A DNA stretch of 64,000 nt from Lophium mytilinum (GCA_010093605.1 MU004185.1:2067334-2131333); one strand, 5' to 3'. Counted from the stretch's first letter, positions 19,786 through 32,587 are shown. Numbers and translations are program-made. Notes: generated by a model not told the origin, from the sequence alone.

Positions 19786-22700
19786 CTACTTCCCTTCATT
19801 CTCCTTCCCCCTCTCCCCCGCCTCCTCTACCCCGTCCGGCTCCTCAACCACACTCTCCCTCCCCTCCCCCCTCCTCAACCCACCCCAACTCCCCGCATCC
19901 CCTCCCCCCTCGGAGAAACTACTACTACTCGGCCGCTGCAAACTACTCCTCCGATGCCGGCTCACCACCCCCGGAAACATCCTCGGCTCCATCCCATTCA
20001 AATCAATCGTGCTAGGCGAGCGCATCGAGAACCCCTGCTGCGACGGCGAGCTCGGCGACGCCTCCTGCGGCTGCGTCTGCGCGTTTGGCTGTGGTGGCGG
20101 GCGCGCGCCGGGGTCGAGCACCATGTTGGAGTGACGGGCGGGGCGCTGGTAGGTGGCGGCGTCGGAGGGGCCCTTGGGGGAGAGTGGGGGCTGGTTTACG
20201 GTGTTTTGGGAGGCGATGTCGGCGGCGGAGGTGGAGGGGTGCATGCGGGCGGCTTGGGCGGGGAAGACGGGGGAGGATTGGTAGGCGGTTGGCGGGAGGG
20301 TGGGGAAGTGTTGGGCGCTCATATCGGCGAGATTGGAGGCGGAGGGATTGGTGTGCATCGAGGCGGAGGGGGAGGTGGGTTGGGTTTGCTGGGGGGTGGT
20401 CTGGGATTCGGGCGCGAGGTTGGAGGCGGAGAGGGAGTCGGCTTGGGTGCTGGAAGTGTACCGGTCGATCCTGGCGTTGAAATTAGTGCTGGTATAGGAG
20501 TGTTGGAGAGGGTAGGCTTACATGTATAGCTCTTGCTTGAGAGTCTCGTGCCGGAATCCTTCTCTAATGTCGGGTACGTTGACTTTCGCCATGTCATTGC
20601 CTTGAACTCCAGGCTTGTGATAGTCAGCCCCTAGCCACCTCTGCTTAATGGTATGCTCGAATCCGCTCTGCTCAACCGAGTGCTTTGCCAACTCGCACAT
20701 ATCGACTGCACTGAGCTTGTAGATCTGTGCAGCGACGGAGTATTCTTCGATGAGAGGCTCCTTGGTAAATGCGAATTGCAACGGATCATCTGTGGAAAGG
20801 GATACGTTGAGGCCTCGCCGGAAGTAAGATAGGAACGGGTTTCGCTCATATGCAAGGAACAGAGCGTTGTTGCTGAGAGGCGACATTGCCACACCAATCT
20901 GTTCAAGGTAGAAGATATACTGCAGGAGCGGTACTTTCCGTAGTAGAAGGCCATGGCTGATGCTATGACAGCAAAGAACTGCGGCTGCCAAATGGTCGGT
21001 ATCACCTGCTTCACCGCAATGCGGGCGTAACAAAAACGTATTGAAGCCACGCTGCTTCCTCCATACATTCAGGGAGGCGATGTTGGCAAAGAGGCAGTAT
21101 ACCCAGTAGCTATACGGTGGGTTCTGCTTAGTGTTCCAGGCTTTAGGTAGGGGGAACTTCTTGTAGAGTCGGCGCTCGGGCTTGCTCTCGTCGTCAACGC
21201 TGTCGAATCCGATTACTCGCTGCAGAAAAACGTAGAGTTTTGGATGACTGCTGGGATCCTTTGTAACCTCAAAGAGCGGTTGGAAGATGTTGATGATGAC
21301 TTGCTCGAAATTGTCCATGAGCTTAGTAGCTTTATAGACGTCATACAAGCGAGGTATTTGAATGAGCCATCGCACATTGGGAGAGAATAGCTTGTTGTCG
21401 ACCACCCAGGCAGCCAGATTATCCCACTCTAAAAGATCGCGTCCGTATATGGAGATTCGCCATTCAACCATTTGGTATTTGCTCGCTTCTAAATCGCTGA
21501 TCACCTCCTTAGTAATCTCGGCAAGGTACCGTCCTTTGATGAAGTTGTCTGTCTTCAGGAAGATTGTTCGTAGCCGAGATTCGCCAATGGGATTGTACTT
21601 GAGATTGAATTTGTCAAAACGGTGGAAAGCGTCTGTGTGAGCCTGTAGATCTTGTCAGAATAGAAATAGCTGTGCACTTGAGAAGTCCACTCACATGCAT
21701 ATCGAGTGTATCAATACTAAGGTCATACGCCGTCAAATTAATACTCTCAAAGACTTCCCTTAGAGTCAGGTGTTTGCCATCTCGCTCAAGGACAACTTCA
21801 TCCGGGCACTTCTTCATCTTTGACTTGATGAAGCGAAGCAAATGCTTCTGGTTCATGCATGCCGAATGATGCACGTGAGTGTCGACTTTCCTGACATTGT
21901 AGAAATCTCTGTGGGGCACCTTCTTGCTGTCGGCCGTTTCCTGATACTCATTGATGAGGTAGTACAGGTTGAACTTGCCCTCGAGATACTGAAGCCGGCG
22001 AAACGCGAAGCTCTTACTAGGCCCGTCGGAGGAAATATTGAGGATAGTATCGAGGTCCATGTAATATCGGCGGACGTTTGGAATTTCGATTATGGGTTGT
22101 CCAAGCTCCTCGGATTTGGCAGTTTCATAGACTTGGAAAACACCGCTGTCGTCTAGCTTGAAGGACATCTCAGCGGCTCCCGGCAATGGGAGTAGATCGT
22201 CCATTTCGAAGTCTTCCCCTATATCGAATCCAGGCTTTCTCGGAGGCTTTGGCACCGGGTCGCTCGCTGCATCGATTATTGCACTGTTGCTCAAACTATT
22301 CTGAGCATTAGTGTCTGCACGCTCTCGCGAGTTGTCGTGGTGCCACACAGGCTCTGGATGAGGTGGATAGACCCGCCATGATGGATCGTCCTTAGGGTTA
22401 TCGGAAGCGCCTTGTAGTGAGAGCCTAATGTACTTATGGCGAAGATCGAGTACTTTCTGAACATTAGTGTAGATAGCGATCAGCTCTGCGGTGACGTTGG
22501 AATCATTGGCAGCAAATCCCCCTGCTCCCGAGCCAACACCGACGCCGGCGCCGGCTCCATGTATGCCTTCGTCAGCGAGCATCGGAGGTTTGTGTTCGTA
22601 TGGAAGTCCTGGATGCTTTGCGTGATCTCTGGCGGTTTGGTCGGCCTGAATGAATGGGTCATCCTCAGCTGCGCTGTGATGATGTTTTACCGTGTCATTG

Positions 22701-23497
22701 AAGCCATGTGTCCGGTTGCCAGCTGTGCCAACAGATCCATCCGCATGAGAGACACCTGGGGGAGCGGGTTGTTTGTGGCTTCCGCTCGTTTGTTGGAGAC
22801 TAACGTTGCTACGCCTTGATCGTATGCTGGCTTCCCGGCTGAGAAAATTATCCTCCAGTCCCAAGTTGGTAGGAAACGTCTTAGCATGGATAATGGGACT
22901 GAATCCATCTTGAGACCAGTTGCTACCTCCCGTATTCTGCGTCTCCAATTGGTGTCTTTGGTAGAACTGCTTTGCTTCGGAGTGGCTCATCTGCTTGTCT
23001 GATGCATAGTCGAAGAATGCAGTTTTCCGCTGTTTGTCGCGTGGCAGTAGTACTGCCTGTGTATCGTCGGACAGCGCATTCTCGTCACCATCTCTTTCCG
23101 CGCCAGTAGAAGCCAAACCACTTTCTGTACCATTGTTCCTCGACTGTGCCACCGCTACGTGGCCTGAACCCGGGTCGGAATCGGGGGATATGGTCTCAGG
23201 GCTGTAGTCCTCATCCTCGTCTTCTTCTTCAGACGACGGTACTTGGTCATCAATACGCTGGGGAGTAAGGTCGGGGGAGGCATCATGAGCGGCCGTGAAG
23301 GAGGATCCTGTAATGATAGCATACAATATTAGTATTCGTCGAACACAATTGGAGTGAACAGCAATGTCTACTGACCTTGCATCATCTTGGGTGTTGTAGT
23401 GGAGAGCTCCAAACTTTAGACGGTGACTGGTCCCGCATAGAACACGGTCAGGCGGGGACCTCCGAACTTTGTACTCGCCACCGCCATTTTGTGCCAT
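19786..23497 (-). CDS. AMD1: AMP deaminase
   Basis: [79 protein letters not shown]. Several introns; low-complexity C-terminal exon. Confidence 0.96.
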
Positions 23498-23902
23498 CTC
23501 TGCTCTGTGTCGACCTTCTTGTTCAAGTATAAAAAAAGAAAACAAGATAGTTGGGGATTCGGGATCTCGAAGCAACTTATAGGTACAAAGGTAGAAGTAG
23601 GAGGTTCGTACGCCTTGACGCTTGCTGCTTTCATTAGCCCGTCTTCGCCCTAGTTAGCCATGCATAATTCCTCGGTTTGAGCAGTCCCATCCGCCCTTGG
23701 CCCTCGCGGATCAAGGGAAGCAATGACCGTTATTCACATGGCATTTGGCTATATATCTCTTATATTCTAACATGTTTTGGAGCCTGTCGTCTTCCACCTC
23801 TAGGCTACTTTCAAGCATGTTCTTTTCATGTGACAGCCAACTAGGTAGGGTTAGTGGGGCTGAAATTGAATAAATAGAGAGCTCTTCCGCTAAATTGATA
23901 TG

Positions 23903-23917
23903 ACGCGTTGGACGCGT
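23903..23917. promoter_or_regulatory. Double MCB-like box (ACGCGT-n3-ACGCGT) upstream of triplet copy 1
   Basis: tgACGCGTtggACGCGTtc; the same arrangement precedes copies 2 and 3. Confidence 0.5.
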
Positions 23918-24033
23918 TCACGGCCAATGCTCCTATATCACCAACAAATGTCACCAGCAGTGGCTGAAACCGTGCTCTGCGCGTATTGTTTATAAAAATA
24001 TTTTCTTAAACACATTTATAGTCTAGGCTCGCC

Positions 24034-24683
24034 ATGGCATCTTCCACGGAACCCATCGATCTTACCACGGAACGCAATCTCGAGCCCGCCCTTCTCGAAG
24101 TCATTGGATCCGCGAAAGCCGCAACACTCCGACAGATTTTGATTAAGGTCTGCATGAAGTCCGAGGTTGGTAGCAGCCTTGTTCGAGAAGCAATCCTTGT
24201 TCCAGAAGACGTAGACACCACCGCCACTGCATCATCAGCGACGAAGAAGAGGAAGCTCGACAAACCAGTCGCACGTTTCGCACATTGCGTTCAATGCGAA
24301 AAAGACTTCGACGTAACGTTGAATGTGCAGCCAGGACAGGAACGGACCTGTCGAAGACACGACGGTACTGCTGTATGCTATTTCTGCTCAAATTTTTTCA
24401 CTGATACACAGTTTCAGGAGTGTTGGAACTGGATGGAGACGCGTTTCCAGATGATGACGATCTTAACGATGGCCATGTTCTTAACGTCGACACTGACTGG
24501 CGAGTCGGTGCATTTCCACAGCACTTCACGTGGTCCTGCTGTGAGCAGAAGGGTCGGAAAGCAATTGAGTGTGTGCGCAGTAGACACTCCATTTCACATA
24601 CTGGCGAAGGTCAGGGTACTCTGTATTATCGGGCTAGATTGGGGGGATATCAGGCTGAAGATCACAGATGGGATGAGAGATGA
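24034..24683 (+). CDS. CHORD/Btk-like Cys-His zinc-finger protein, tandem copy 1
   Basis: KKRKL; RFAHCVQCEKDFDV...CRRHDG|intron 24365-24417|VLELDGDAFPDDDD...VDTDWRV..FP.HFTWSCCEQKG..AIECVRSRH. Confidence 0.75.
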
Positions 24684-24723
24684 GAAAGAGTATAAAGCTA
24701 GCCTTATTTGGGGGTACTACGTC

Positions 24724-24760
24724 ACGCGTCCGGACGCGTCCTTTGTTTATTTTGACATCA
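24724..24760. promoter_or_regulatory. Double MCB-like box plus TGTTTA and TGACATCA upstream of copy 2
   Basis: ACGCGTccggACGCGTcctTTGTTTAtttTGACATCA. Confidence 0.5.
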
Positions 24761-24822
24761 TACCTTTGCATAACACACCTCCACCTATCGATCATTCTAA
24801 GTACCAATCTATTACATTCAAA

Positions 24823-25460
24823 ATGGCCGCTGGGCCTGAATTAATTGACGCGATCTCATCTGCACAAGTCTCCACACTACGCAGTGTTCTTTTCCACCTA
24901 TGCAAAGACTCGAGTACTGCCAGCAAAGTTGAACAGGTCTTGCTTGTTTCATCAAATGAGCTCCAAAACGACGCTGTAAAAGCGTCGATGGCGACAAATT
25001 CGAAGAAGAGAAAGCATGATGACAAGATATCCCGCTTCGCGTGTTGCGTAAATTGCAAAAAGGACTTTGACGTCGTGTTGAACGAGAAGCCTGGGGAGGA
25101 GCAGGCATGTGGGTATCATGATGGTACGGCGTGTTCTAATCCGACGAAACTCGTTCTCTAACACTTAGATAAGGGTCTTTGGAAATAGACACAGACTTTT
25201 TTGCGGACGACGACGAAGTTGCTCAAGATCCCTACAGCATAGACGTCGATACCGATTGGCGAGTGAAAGAGTACCCTGAAGGCTTCCAATGGAGTTGCTG
25301 TGAACAAGACGGCCGTGAAGCAAAGCCATGCGTACGCTGCAGACATTCCCAGACGGTCTTCAATCACGAAAGTGGGGGTAGTTTATGGTATCTGGGCAAA
25401 GATGGAACTTACACGGTCGATGATAACCGAAACGATGGGGATGGGAGCGATGAGGAATAG
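24823..25460 (+). CDS. CHORD/Btk-like Cys-His zinc-finger protein, tandem copy 2
   Basis: MAAGPELIDAISSAQVSTLRSVLFHLC...KKRKH...RFACCVNCKKDFDV...CGYHDG|intron 25124-~25173|SLEIDTDFFADDDE...VDTDWRVKEYPEGFQWSCCEQDGREAKPCVRCRH. Confidence 0.75.
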
Positions 25461-25605
25461 AAGAGAAAGTGGTTTACTTTGTACAGCTTGACACACTTTT
25501 GTTGGTGTAGAAACTTCTGGGTCGTTCTGGTAGATATCGGAAATATATTTTGCCTACTGTAGTTAATGCTTGTATGTAGCTAGCCGCAACCGGTAGCATT
25601 GCATC

Positions 25606-25638
25606 ACGCGTTTGGACGTGTTGTTTACCCTGACATCA
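25606..25638. promoter_or_regulatory. MCB-like pair plus forkhead-like TGTTTAC and TGACATCA upstream of copy 3
   Basis: ACGCGTttggACGTGTTGTTTACccTGACATCA. Confidence 0.5.
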
Positions 25639-25736
25639 CATCCATATATCATCCTTCTTTCTTCAATCCTCATTTGCACCTTCCCCACCGTCAACCCTCT
25701 TTGTAATTCCAACTCTGAAGACTCACTATACTCGCC

Positions 25737-26447
25737 ATGCCATCTGCTAGCGTAATCGACCTCACCGCTGATGCCGAGATTGAGCCTGAGCTGCTCAAAG
25801 CCATCGAGTCAGTCAAAGCGTCAACACTTCGCAGCATTGTCATCCAATTATGCAAAAAATCAACCATCTGCGCGAGCAACTTCGAAGAATTGATGCTCGT
25901 TCCAGACTCGCAGCTGCAAAACACAACGACGAATGAATCAACCACCAACGGCTCAAAGAAACGAAAGCTCGAGACCAAAACCTCTCGTTATGCGCGTTGC
26001 GTTCAGTGCAAAGATGACTATGACATAGTCCTGAACGGGCAGCCGGGCGAAGAACAGTCCTGCAGGAGACACAGCGGCGTTCTCGAGATGAATGAAGACG
26101 CTTTCCCAGACGACGACGATATTCAGTACTATGGACACCAGATCGATGTTGAAACCGATTGGCGAGTTGATGAGTTTCCAGAAGACTTCACGTGGACGTG
26201 CTGCGCGCAGCATGGGAAGGAGGCTGAACCGTGTCTCCGTAGCAGGCATCGCAAATTGAAGACTGGTGAAGGGCCGGGGAAGATCTTTAGGCTCGTTGAT
26301 GGGGATTTCTCGGCAGGGGATAGCGATAGCGATGGGAGTGAGAGTGGTGAAGATGATGGGGAAGAGTCTGAGGATGATAAGGACGGAGTAGAAGAGTCAC
26401 AAGGGACGAAGGAGATGAATGCAGCGATGGACTTTTTTAAGAATTAG
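25737..26447 (+). CDS. CHORD/Btk-like Cys-His zinc-finger protein, tandem copy 3 (intronless, acidic tail)
   Basis: Single ORF with EPELLKAIESVKASTLRSIVIQLC, KKRKL, RYARCVQCKDDYDI, CRRHSG, VETDWRVDEFPEDFTWTCC and CLRSRH. Confidence 0.8.
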   Translation: MPSASVIDLTADAEIEPELLKAIESVKASTLRSIVIQLCKKSTICASNFEELMLVPDSQLQNTTTNESTTNGSKKRKLETKTSRYARCVQCKDDYDIVLNGQPGEEQSCRRHSGVLEMNEDAFPDDDDIQYYGHQIDVETDWRVDEFPEDFTWTCCAQHGKEAEPCLRSRHRKLKTGEGPGKIFRLVDGDFSAGDSDSDGSESGEDDGEESEDDKDGVEESQGTKEMNAAMDFFKN

Positions 26448-26542
26448 GAAGTTTCCGCTCCTTATTTGTGTCAAGCTTTCCGGCACTCCTTTTGTACAGA
26501 TACATGTTTTCAAATAGCGTCGACGTATAACGCGTGGAGCTC

Positions 26543-28143
26543 TCAGCACACAGGAACCTCAATACCATGCGTTCTAGTGTTCAGCAAATCGTGATGGGGA
26601 CTCTCGATATGGTCGGCCCATTCTTCGTGACTTTTGAGCTCCGCAGTGCAGCCTTGATGCGGACACGCGTAGTGAGTGTGAGCGCTGGTATGGAGACGAA
26701 GTTCGAGAGCGCTATTGAATCGCTACAGAAAAGGGTTAGCTAGAGGGTTGGTTTAAAGACGGAAGTACTTGCCTCAAGACAGCTTATCCAAGGACAATGG
26801 AACGTGATTTCACGAAGATGTTCCTCCACTTCTTCCTCTATCGGGCTGTCTCTCCGGTCTGCCTGATGATATATTTGGGGGTTGGCTTGATTCTGCACCA
26901 AGGTTCTTTCGCTATGGATTAATGAATCGAACGTCTGAGCTTTCGCTATGTGGCTCACCCGGTAGTCGTTCCTCTGAGCTTCGTAGCCGGCTTGGCTCGT
27001 GGCGGCCCCAAGCTGTGCGATTCCACCCATAGCCCCTGATCTTTGCCCCTGCACATGCGATGAACCTGTCATGGAGGGTGCCTGCAGGTTCAAAAGTGAT
27101 GGATCTGCGCTCTGCGCAACATGCCCAAGAATCATCTTCAGCCTTGTAATTGCAGTGCTGTCTAGGCGTTCCGAACCTGCCTTAACCTCTTCGAGTTGAG
27201 ATCTTGCTTCCTTCACGGCTGGTAACATGTCTCCCCAGACCTCGTCCGTATATCCGCTCAAGACACCGTCCCATTCGGACGCGAGTTGCCGTCTTCGTGG
27301 AGTGTTCATGCCCTCAATATTACTGACTTCGTCGGAGTCGAGTTCTGACTGCATATGATTGATCAATGACTCGGAATTCGGTCTCAAATTTAATGGGTGC
27401 TGTGATGGGACCTGTCCGTGTACTGGAGCAGCAGGTAGGGCACTTCTGATACGACCTGCAGCTCGTTGCTCGTCAGGGGAGTAGTTCTCCCCAAAGAGGT
27501 CCATCGCTGGATCCTCAACAGGTGCGGCGGTCATGACCTCCGCCTCCTCCCCAGCTGGTTGGAAGGATGGGTCTGAGAGGAGCATTCGTACTTCGGCTCC
27601 GTCATCATAGTTCTGATCTCGGCTATGGCTTCTTCCTGATGCGTCTTCCGCCACTGCCCACTGTTCCCAGGAATAATGATTGAGGCCAGACTGATTATGG
27701 AAATCTCCTCTCGGGAAGTTTGTATGCTGTTGAGAAGCATGTTCATTGGGAATTTCTAGGTTGCTACTATTCAGGAAGTCGTTGAACTCCTGTTCGTGGG
27801 TTTGGCGATTCGAAGTGCTCCGAAAGCTTTCGTCATTGTTTAATGCGGATGCGTTCCCTGCAGAGCTATTTGAGGAGTGCTGTGCAGGATGTGAGGGAAG
27901 ACCTTCGCTCCACGTCGACTGGCTTGCGGAAGACGATGAGCCATTCGGGATTTTGCTAGCAAGCCCAGACGCAGAAGCGACTTGATCGTGAAATTCATTG
28001 CATCTAGGAGCTCCAACAAGGTCTCTGGCTAGCCCTGATGCTGAAGACGCTATTCTTGAAGTTAGAGACGTAGGTTCTTCGTCCTTGTGATCCGCGGACG
28101 CTCGAGCTTTGCCCTTGTCTGGCTGTTCTTTCTTTGGCTCCAT
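26543..28143 (-). CDS. Fungal protein with two C-terminal C2H2-type zinc fingers; GC-AG intron
   Basis: 467-aa ORF. Removing intron 26723-26772 (AG|GCAAGT...CTAAC...TAG) gives FHCPWISCLERFNSALELRLHTSAHTHYACPHQGCTAELKSHEEWADHIESPHH...VPVC*. Confidence 0.75.
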
Positions 28144-31077
28144 GCTTTCATTTCATCCTAAAGGGACTGGATGGCGAGGATTGATTAGGTTCAGGCTATG
28201 CCTTATTGAGGTGGATGAGGGTGGACTAGTGATTTCTCGGCGCTCCTTCTTTAATTACCGTGAAGTTTTTGAAGGCTGATCTTGACCACGAGGACTGAGG
28301 TATAGCTGGTATAGTAGGAGAAGAGAAGAATAGTAGATATAAATGTAGAAATGAAAGATGGGAAAGGAAAGTCAGCAGTGATGGCCGTGCAGGAGAGGGA
28401 TCCCTGGGGATGATGTCGGAGGAGAAGCAATCAAAACCGGTCTACGCCGAGAGCCGAGATCGAACATCCTTTCGTCTCGGGTGAGCGCGGCACTTTCATC
28501 AACTCCATCATCGCTCTCGTATCATCCCTCACATCTTTCCTTACTTCTTCGTGGAGCTGTTTCAGTGAACTTATTTCTTCGCCGCTTGTTGAGTTTTCGC
28601 GTTCAAGCATGACTTCGCCACCCGACGATGACAGAAGAAGCTGGATCTCTACTCCTGGCACCTGAAGCTCTCGATAACATGCAGAGGCTTCAATGTCACT
28701 AGTTCAGATGTCACTTTGGTCGAAGCTGAATACGCCGATGCGTTTTCTTGCTTCCATGAATTTCGTCTAGCTCTGTTGCCACGGTTGCTAGGCAGCAATC
28801 TCCTGCTGCGAAAGCGATAATATTGATCGTCTCGCGGCGAGATGTAGAAACTAGAGACCTTTCGGTCATTGCTACTATACACGACTCGAACCCTTATGGG
28901 ACCAGCCTCCAAATTTGGTATTCTGCCGTATCGACGCTGCGATCGAGACTTCTCCAACGAAGTACACGCAACGCAGCTTGCTAAACCAATCCCCATCGTG
29001 TGTTTAATGTCTAAGCGTTTCAATCGTAATCTCCAAAGCTGTGTTCCTTCATCACGCTCCTTGCCCATGGTAGGGCTCTTCTCGCGTCGTTTCGTTAAGC
29101 CACCGATCCATACTTGGTTGAAGCTTCGTTGAAGACATTTCACGCTTGATTGCCGATTTCTTTATCGTGATCATCTGGTCTTGCGATTTTGGCGCTGGGT
29201 CATACTCCTCGGCAGATGGCCATGGTCAGCGATTATGTCCGGTCAGAAGAGCTGGTTTACGTACCAGATACCCATCCACAATTCCTCTTTCCATGGGCTG
29301 GGTCCACCTCGAAGGAAGATGGCCATTGCCAGGCATGCCAACGGAGTCTGTATCTACAGCGTGCGGCATCGTATAGGTCGTCTGGGCTCACGTAGTCAGC
29401 GACTTGACTGAAACTTTGAGAGGTCCTAACGGATGGGTGTAGTAACGTACCAAGTTTGAATCCGAAAGCTTGCGTGATACGAAAAAAGTCACGGAAATCG
29501 ATGGCAATATTTCTCTTCAGTTGGCTGCCGAACAGCAGAGACGCAACTTCCAGTTACTTATACTCCATGCGGCTCAAGCGACGTATTGCACACTGACGAA
29601 TAGGAATCGGATGGCTAGCGCCAAAGCGAACTTGCCTATGCTGTTGAAGCGATCGCTCGGCGTCAGGGCTGTGTCCGGACAGCGAGGCGTTCATATCTTT
29701 CAAGGAACCTCGCCGTCGGGATGCTTATCCTCCCGCAGACCATAGCTCGGAGGTATGCCGCTCAGAAGTCTACTGGGGCCTGTACTGGTGCACTGATAGA
29801 TGTACCAACGGTACCTCCCGATTGATTAAGTCGACCGGGATCCACTCGATAGATAGTGGCACTTGTCAATCTAACTACAGAGGTATTGGAAGGTTGGACA
29901 GTCTTGCCACGCAGTGCGAAAGTTAAGCACCGGCACAGTGCTTTACGCCCTCGAATGAACCTTCGACACAAGACTGTCAGGACGCCAGAGCCAGTGACCC
30001 GGGACAACGCTGTAGAAGCTTGCGATGATGCAGCGGTGGGCGAAGTGGCATGAGGCCCCCTCAAGGTGCTCATCTGGCACATTCACTACTTGGCTGGCGC
30101 TTACTGCACGATATCGCTACTCCGGAACTTTGGTATCACATGGTCGGTGCTTGAGAACGCATGAGCGGTGACACTGATAAGAGTCACCAGAGAGCGTTGT
30201 TCCGGGAGCTCTGACACTATCATAACGCCTGTTGATGTGGCTTGACACTTATGCTCCTGCGATTGGACAATTCTCATCGGGACATGGAGGCTACGAAAGC
30301 GCCTTCACCTCTATGACAGTGCCTCTCAATCCCGCTCAGAACACCGCAGCTTCCCACCGCTTAACATATTCCACTAGCCTCTCATCGCAGCCTAGGACCT
30401 GGACTGTCAAGGCCCACTTTCTGGCCTCGCGCCGAAAGATACCTTTGATTTGAGATCAGTGCTGAATCAGTGTGAGCTTTGCGGGGTGGGCATCACAAGA
30501 CGCTGTATGGCGTTCTGTATCCGTTGGACGAAAGTTGTCTTCTCGGTCGAGACATGGATCATTGCAGACCGGTCAGAGGACAAGGGTAGCCAATTACCGT
30601 CCGGAGGCGTTCACCAAAAACGATCCCAAATGCATGCGGCAGTCAGCAGCAGGGGTCCAGCCCCACAAGAACATCCATCAGATCGAATTCGCCACTAAAT
30701 CCTTCTGGAAGTCTTCCACGCGCCTTCTAGGCGCCGATCATCCATCACAAACCTGATCACCACATATGTAAGGCGAGCTTCCGAGCCGCTCTGACGTGGG
30801 CCCTGAGGCCATCTTGTTGGATAAGTCCATGTCACTTCTTTGCTAGGCTGTTATTTGATGTATTTTCCAGCTGGCCTGAACTTCTTACTGAGCCTGCTGC
30901 CTATTTCTTCCTGCTCAACACTTCTCATTAATTCAGCCCCATCAATACTCAAATCGTGAGTCTCAAGATCCATTGCAAGTACCAGGTCAAAAAATGAGGC
31001 GTGCGAAGCTCCCACTATGCGCAATGACCTCGTGCTGAGCATAAAATCCCTCAAGAGTCAAGTCTTCCCCGCGGCCT

Positions 31078-32587
31078 CCACCTCGGTACGTCAATTCGTG
31101 TCCCCCGGTGGGGTGCCGGTGCACGGGCTGTTTACACCCCCTTTCCTTCACAACAACCAAAACAATAGCTACATTCACCAAATTTTCACCCAATTGCTTC
31201 CTAAATGGCTAATTTTAATCCTGGCACGCCTAAGCGCCCAACCAACAAGCACATTCCTTAAATAGAGACCCGGGTTCGCTTTTTTAATGCTTGTAATGAC
31301 CTAGAAAGGATAAGAACCTTTAAAGAGATAGCGGCGTCCTATAGAATTAATCTAAGAACTAGCAAGAGATAAAGGGTAGAAAGGAGAGAGTTTAGAAGGC
31401 CAGCATATTATTAGATAAGAGTTATAAAGTCTACTAAGAAAGGTACTAAGCTGGGGCCTTAGTATTCTATTTCTAAGAAGGCTATTTACTAGATTATTAA
31501 TCTATCTAATTCTATAAGAAGGAAGCCTCTCTCTATAGTGCTAGAGTATTTTAATATTAAAACTAACGCTAGAACCTTTAAGAATTTACTTAAAAGGTAC
31601 TATGCCGGGCGCTATAAATATGCTAAAACTACAGCTATTTCTAATAATAATAAGGGCTACTATTATACCTATAGAGAGATATATAAAAATAAGCTAATAA
31701 AGAAATACTAGAACTAGGTTCTATTTACTAATAAAGCCTATATAAATCCCTATAGGATATAGAAGCCTATAGTTATTTAAATAGAAGAAACACGCTTTAA
31801 ACTAGAGAATTTAGTCTTAGGTTCTAGAGAGAAGAATATTATAGAAGTTACCCTTTATATAGCCGCTTAGATTAATTAGTATTTTAAGGTAGAGAAAATT
31901 ATCTTTTATAATAATAAAAACAACTATCTTTCTAAGCCTAAGATGCCTAGGAAGCCCTTACGCTTAAAATATAAGATAGAGGAGAGGTATCTTAATGCTA
32001 TTAAGAACTGGAAGGCTAGAAAACCTTATAATATTAAGATAAAACTAAAGGGGAATGCTATAACCTAATAGTACTATACTAAGAAGGTGCTTCCTTACTA
32101 TACTAAGGCTATTTATACCTTAGAGGCTGCCATTTCTAAAAGATAGTATCTTTAAAAGGATAATAATCCTTCTTATAGTATAAGAAATAATACTTCTCTT
32201 CTAGCTAAATTTAAGAGGGACTAGCATATTCTAATTTACTAGCACCCTGCCTAGTTACTAGATCTTAACCCTATTAAAGCTATATAGCTAATTCTTAAGA
32301 AAAGAGTAAGAACTTAGGTATATAAAGCTTATAATATTAAGAGACTTTAGGAGATAATTTAGGAGGAATAGGAAGCTATTCCTTAAGAAAGAATCTAGAA
32401 TTTAATTATAGAGATGCCCTGGCGCTGCCATAAGGTTATAAACTGTGGTGGAAAGATGGTAAAGAGTAGAAATTGGTGAATGTATATTTAGTTGTGCTAT
32501 GAAATGCCTGTGCAGGCGTTGTTTTGGTGTTGTTGGCACCCCCCGGCACCCCACGCCCGGGGGACACGAATTGACGTACCGAGGTGG
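31078..32587 (+). mobile_element. IS630/Tc1/mariner-superfamily DNA transposon, RIP-inactivated; 31-bp perfect TIR, flanked by CCT
   Basis: TIR CCACCTCGGTACGTCAATTCGTGTCCCCCGG at both ends. Decayed transposase ~31205-32479 reads VLFTNKAYIN (for VLFTDEAH), YL*KDNNPSYS (for QEDNDPSHG) and HPA*LLDLNPIKAI* (for HPAQSPDLNPIEAIW). Confidence 0.92.

Noticed and set aside
24034..25161. 375-aa ORF spanning triplet copies 1 and 2
   Set aside because: It reads through copy 1's intron and out-of-frame exon 2 into copy 2. Two spliced genes, each with its own promoter module and matching intronless copy 3, explain it better.
28431..31054. Starship captain (DUF3435) or other gene in the fragmentary ORFs
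   Set aside because: No long ORF or tyrosine-recombinase motif recognisable by eye; needs BLASTX to exclude a decayed gene.
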